64,000 bases of DNA, taken from positions 326,182,001 through 326,246,000 of the forward strand of contig OZ024742.1 of assembly GCA_964016885.1 (NCBI GenBank), in the 5' to 3' direction. A program made the position numbers and the translations under genes. The DNA is from Eledone cirrhosa (Eukaryota). The notes below the pieces were generated by a model that did no database searches, was not told where the DNA came from, and was given only the letters and a program-made list of their open reading frames with translations. Below, in pieces: positions 59,206-64,000 of this stretch. The stretch's first letter is position 1, and each line of letters begins with the position of its first letter.

Positions 59206-59856
59206 TATTGTTTGCACAGTTAAGTATAGAAGAAATCAGCGTCAACAAGAGGTGGCTTCATAACAACCAACTATAATTTTTCTAACGGGTTTAAGTGTTC
59301 ATGGTGTCGCAGGTCGATATACTTTAAGTCTTTCACATTTGAATCAATGGAATATTCGGTGTGCGGCATCTAGAAGACGAGAGGGCTGCGCCATCATCGG
59401 GTTTGTAATTTTTCGAGCGATCCCGAAAGAATGTAATGCAAAATAAACCATTGTGATATCAGAACAAATTCCAGGCGCACTCTACTTAAAGCTTTAACAA
59501 AGCTGTAAGATCGACTACCTTGTGTAGTTCATAACATGCCTATAAGATACTTTATAACAAGCTGCAATAGATATTATATCATTTCATAGCATAACAAGAA
59601 ACAACATTTTATACTATAATTCATATATTATATATATCATATTTTTCGTAGAAATATATAATGCGTAAGAAATTGGAATTGTGACCGTAGTAAATCTGTC
59701 AAGAGGCTTTAGATACAGTTCCAGAATGTTTCATTAGAAAATTAGTGAAATACATTCCACAAAGAGACATTTCTTCTCCCCTCTCCTCTCTATTTCTCTT
59801 TCTCTCCCTCCCCCTCTCTCTCTCTCTCGCTATATATATATATATATATATATATA

Positions 59857-61085
59857 TCTACTATATAAATCGGAAGTGGTCGGACGTTGTATATGTAGGT
59901 ATAGTCGGATAAACGTCGAAATGGCTTGGTGGAATGCAGCGAAAATTTACACAGTTATGCAGAATGACGCGAGGAAGCGTTGGGTCGACTTTCAAGCTAC
60001 AAGCTTCCATGGTTACAGAGAAAATCGATAAAACAGGAATTTCCCATTCAAATTGAACTGATTGTAATCTGTGAACGCAGAAGTAAATATTTCGAGAAAC
60101 GTTGCAACCGAAGGAAAACAGGAAGACGATATTTTGGTTCGTGAAGACATTCCCTGGCAATGAACGGAAAAAAAGCGAGGATAATACGTCGTTATGTGGA
60201 GCGTAAAGAACAATTTCATGCAAAGACAAGACCAAGTTTATGGTATAAATGGAGTCGTTAGACTAATATTCTATTTAAAATAACAGAATGATTTCCAGCC
60301 CCGGAGTTTAAGAATGATGTAAATAAAATTGAAAACGAAAATGACAGAGGTTATTAAAATAGTTGTTTCTACGTTAGGAACAAGGCCAGCAATTACCCAG
60401 TGTATTACTGGTACTTTATTTTATCGACCCCGTAAGGATGAAAGGCAAAGTTAACCTCGGCAGGATTTGAACTCAGAATGGCAAGGGCCGTAACTCTATG
60501 CGCCAAAGCATGGCATCCGACACTAAAGAAAATAGTGAAGATTTAGGCCAGTACATACGTATGCCCCGACGGACATACACAAACATACGCACACACAAAT
60601 ACATACACCCCCACCCCCCACCCCACCCACACACACGCGCGCGCGCGTATGTATAAACCTTATGCATTTCTACAGTATTTTCACCAAACTTAAGACATAG
60701 ATTACTTATGTACACCGGATGGTCATGGCCACTTTCATTTTTCCAGATATCGATTATAGGGCCTCCCAGCAGATAACCCCCTTTCACCACTTCCTTGGAG
60801 TTGACTGAAGCAATGCAGTGCAATGCAACAAAACGTCATAACTTCTGGAGTTCGCAACCGATTTTCACAAAACTTGACACATGGGCTACGTTTGTCCTAC
60901 AGATGAATGTGAACTCTCAGTATTGGCACATATTGAGTAGGGGACCCCTGGGGGCAGGAACCCCCTTTTGGAAAAAGCCTATGATTTTGTAAAAGTATAG
61001 TTTTCGAAGCAGCACTGAAGTATTGACATAAATGGTACAGACAACTGCTATTTAATACCCGAGCAACGCCGGGTACCTCTGCTAG
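59857..61085 (+). mobile_element. Probable non-autonomous Helitron containing a nested SINE at 60360-60522 (minus)
   Basis: 5' A|TCTACTATATAAA; 3' hairpin TACCCG-AGCAACGC-CGGGTA followed by CTAG|T at 61082-61086. That both ends belong to one element is inferred. Confidence 0.55.
60360..60522 (-). mobile_element. tRNA-derived SINE
   Basis: Reverse complement of the family at 6277. Confidence 0.85.
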
Positions 61086-61124
61086 TATATATATATATAT
61101 ATATATATATTTCCCTCTCTCATT

Positions 61125-61170
<46 letters not shown>

Positions 61171-61942
61171 TCTCTCTCCCTCTCTCTCTCTCTCTCTACA
61201 CACACACAGAAACGCATACGCATACACATATACGCATACATACATGCACACATACATACAAATGTACCTAACAACATACATACATACATATATCCCTTCC
61301 TCCCTTTCCGTCGATAAATCATGCGCAATTATAAAACTAGTGAAAATCGTTGTGTGAATAGAACGCTTTAGTTTTTTATTGTTATAGACCTTATTGTTCT
61401 GCACCATTCTTTGGCTTCCATTCGATCAGATTTGACTACAATATAATTTATAATTCCTTTTTTTTCTACATAGAAGTATGTTCCTTTACTACCTTATATT
61501 GTGCCTTGCCAAAAACACTAAGTGAACTTCATGTCTAGAATTGAAACATGACTTCTATAAAAAAAATATTCGTTGATTCCCAAGAGACTCTCTATTTTTG
61601 GATTTCTTTGTGTCACATTCTTATTAATTCCATTACAGCACATCTTAAACAGAAGGAATTGTTTCGTGTTTTAGACGTTCACTTGGCAATAATGAAAGTG
61701 TGCTTTCGATTCCATTGTATGATATCTTGGACCAGTATTTTGTCAGTTTGCAGTGCTGTTTGAATTTAAGTTCTATTATAATTTAAATGTCTAGTCTGGT
61801 CACATAGTGTGTCACACTGATTGGATTTGGGAATTATATTAAGGAAACACATGTCTGCTGAACACTCAGTCATTTACTCGCTAACCTATGTGTCGGACAT
61901 TTTGATCCAACAAACGACTGCGTACCGTCGAAAGCTATAGAG

Positions 61943-62230
61943 TAGTCATGGGTAACCTACAGCCCGCGAAGCTTTGTGAAGGGCTCGCCTAAGTCACCTA
62001 AGTGAAATCTTTCTGATTTTTTTACCCCAACTTTTTAGTAGTAATTTATCTTTCTATTATTTTTCGATCGAGGAAAATAACGTGTACGAATTCTGAAGAA
62101 ACAAATCAAAACAGCCTGAGTTACCGCCATTTTTTAATGTGGGCACGAATGTAAATAAGCGCTTGGGCCCCGCCTGATGACGAGCCATATCTAATGCTTC
62201 CCGCATCTCGAAAAGGGTTGCCGATGCCTG
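61943..62230. mobile_element. hAT (Charlie-like) MITE
   Basis: TIRs TAGTCATGGGTAACC and (reverse complement) CAGGCATCGGCAACC; 8-bp target duplication CTATAGAG/ATATAGAG. Confidence 0.75.
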
Positions 62231-62878
62231 ATATAGAGAATCGATCAACAGCAATTACACGCTGTTTGTCGAAAACATTAACAATTATCTCTGCTGCGAG
62301 ACACTTTTATATCTCTGCTCTTTTACTAGCCTTAATCATTGGACAGCAAGCATATTAGCAGACCTGTCACCTCTTCCCGTACGACGGGGAGATTTGAAAT
62401 AGCCTTTGGGATTTATGAGAGATGTCTTCTCTTGCGAATATGGATATAGCTTTCATGACGTAAATTCTACCCAGTTTGCCTCAATTCTCCCTGTTTTGGG
62501 TCACTTTATTTCATGTTACTCTCCATTTGGCTTTCTAGTGATTGGCAGGTCTGTACTAGGACATCGTTTTTAAAGCATTTTTCATTCCTATCTATACGAG
62601 TGTTATTTGTTTTCTATTTTTCATCAGACGGATTGTATCTGTAATTCAAATGGCCAATCTTATTACACATGTTACTACGGAGATACTACCCTATGATTCA
62701 ATAAAGTTTATTATAAACTTTTAACGATTAATTGAACGGACCGTGAAAATCCATGTCGTCTTAAATTAGATAGCTGAATCACAGCTTTCAAATATCAACA
62801 ACAGATATCATATGTACACAAAGAAACACTGTGTATACGTAGCCGATCACGGACTCCTATAAAGCTGTAATAGTTGTC

Positions 62879-62990
62879 GAGGTCCATTAGCTTGATGGTT
62901 AAAGCCTCTAGCCAGTATTTGGAAGATATGGGGGTTCGATCCCTCATAGCAGCCGATGGTAACTACGTTTTCCGTCTTTTAAGGGTCTTC
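62879..62990 (+). mobile_element. tRNA-related SINE head or tRNA pseudogene
   Basis: A box TAGCTTGATGG and B box GGTTCGATCCC; no convincing acceptor stem. Confidence 0.45.
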
Positions 62991-63713
62991 AACGTATTTT
63001 ATAAGCTATGTTATGGCATCTCCACGCATAAGCACTTATTTCTTTACACACACACACACACACACACTTATAAATATATATATATATATTTGACAATTGT
63101 TTCAGCACATCACACAATGAAAGCAGTAAAAATGTAGTTTTCAATCGTAAGATTTATCTTCATTTCTGCACTGGCTTTTCGCTGACTTAGGAACTTTGAT
63201 ATGCGCCTAAAGTATACATCTCTCACCACACTTGCAAGTTTCTCCCCTAAAGTATACATCTCCTAAAGTATACATCCCTCCCCACACTTGCAATATATAC
63301 GCATTTTCCTTATGTTCTCATTATCTTTTTCTATTATGTGCATGCTGACTTTGTATTCACCTGAGTGGTATGTTGAAACAAGTTTAAAGTATAAAAATGT
63401 TTATATGCCTTGTATTATATGTCTTGTATAATATGCCTTGTATTATATGTCACCTTTCTTCTACTTTGGAATGACACTTTTTCTATATTTCTATCTATAT
63501 TGACATAAACTCATTGAACGTAAATATATTATTTACTGGCTATCACTCATCAGTTACCTTTATGTGTATGTGTTTATATATATATATAGTAATAATAATA
63601 CATGTGAAGACTAAAATCCGAAGAGGGCTTGATAAGGATAATATATATATATATGTCAGAAGATCCCGTTAAGGGTGAAAGCAGCGATTCTTTGCTTAAA
63701 CTTTAATCTGTTA

Positions 63714-63794
<81 letters not shown>

Positions 63795-64000
63795 TTATAC
63801 GTATATGTGTCTATAATACAACCATATATATATATATGTATATATATGTGTGTGTATCTATGTGCATGTGTGTGTGTTTGTGTGTGTGTGTGTGTTATTT
63901 AGATGTGTAACTACAGTTACAGGTGGCGTGCTGTTCAAAGCAACCAATGCTTTTACTCGTTTATTTGATTTTTTTAACCTTTTATATCTTTTTAGATCTT

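Noticed and set aside
62170-62225. CTGATGA...GAAA hammerhead-like motif inside the hAT MITE
   Set aside because: Stem I has only 2 bp, stem III is not palindromic, and it overlaps a DNA-transposon TIR; likely chance.
62879-62955. Functional tRNA gene
   Set aside because: A and B boxes are present but the cloverleaf stems do not pair; treated as a SINE head.

Overview
Repeat-saturated, AT-rich animal intergenic or intronic DNA. The SINE families and microsatellite load suggest an octopus or other cephalopod; this is inference. No host exon could be supported, and most listed ORFs are microsatellite artefacts. Transposon-derived coding sequence: a 5'-truncated R4/Dong-type LINE abutting (TAA)n; a Penelope-like element (RT plus GIY-YIG) with an inverted 5' copy; a near-complete but disrupted Tx1-type LINE in (CCTA)n, preceded by a copy of its own 3' end; two mariner relics; and RTE and Tx1 fragments. 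There are also many tRNA-derived SINEs, hAT and pogo-like MITEs and a probable Helitron. The most interesting signal is a set of non-coding, (TA)n-embedded, fold-back or terminally redundant elements carrying type I hammerhead ribozyme motifs with palindromic stem III. One ~530-nt family shows compensatory changes in an extended stem II, and one copy starts about 7 nt downstream of the predicted self-cleavage site, as expected for a retrozyme-like, Penelope-dependent element. Also present: an unexplained ~3.2-kb element with ~0.9-kb inverted arms containing (TAAAAA)n arrays, and a (CCTA)-derived satellite with a ~1.3-kb higher-order period. All structure calls were made by eye; coordinates of degenerate repeats are approximate.
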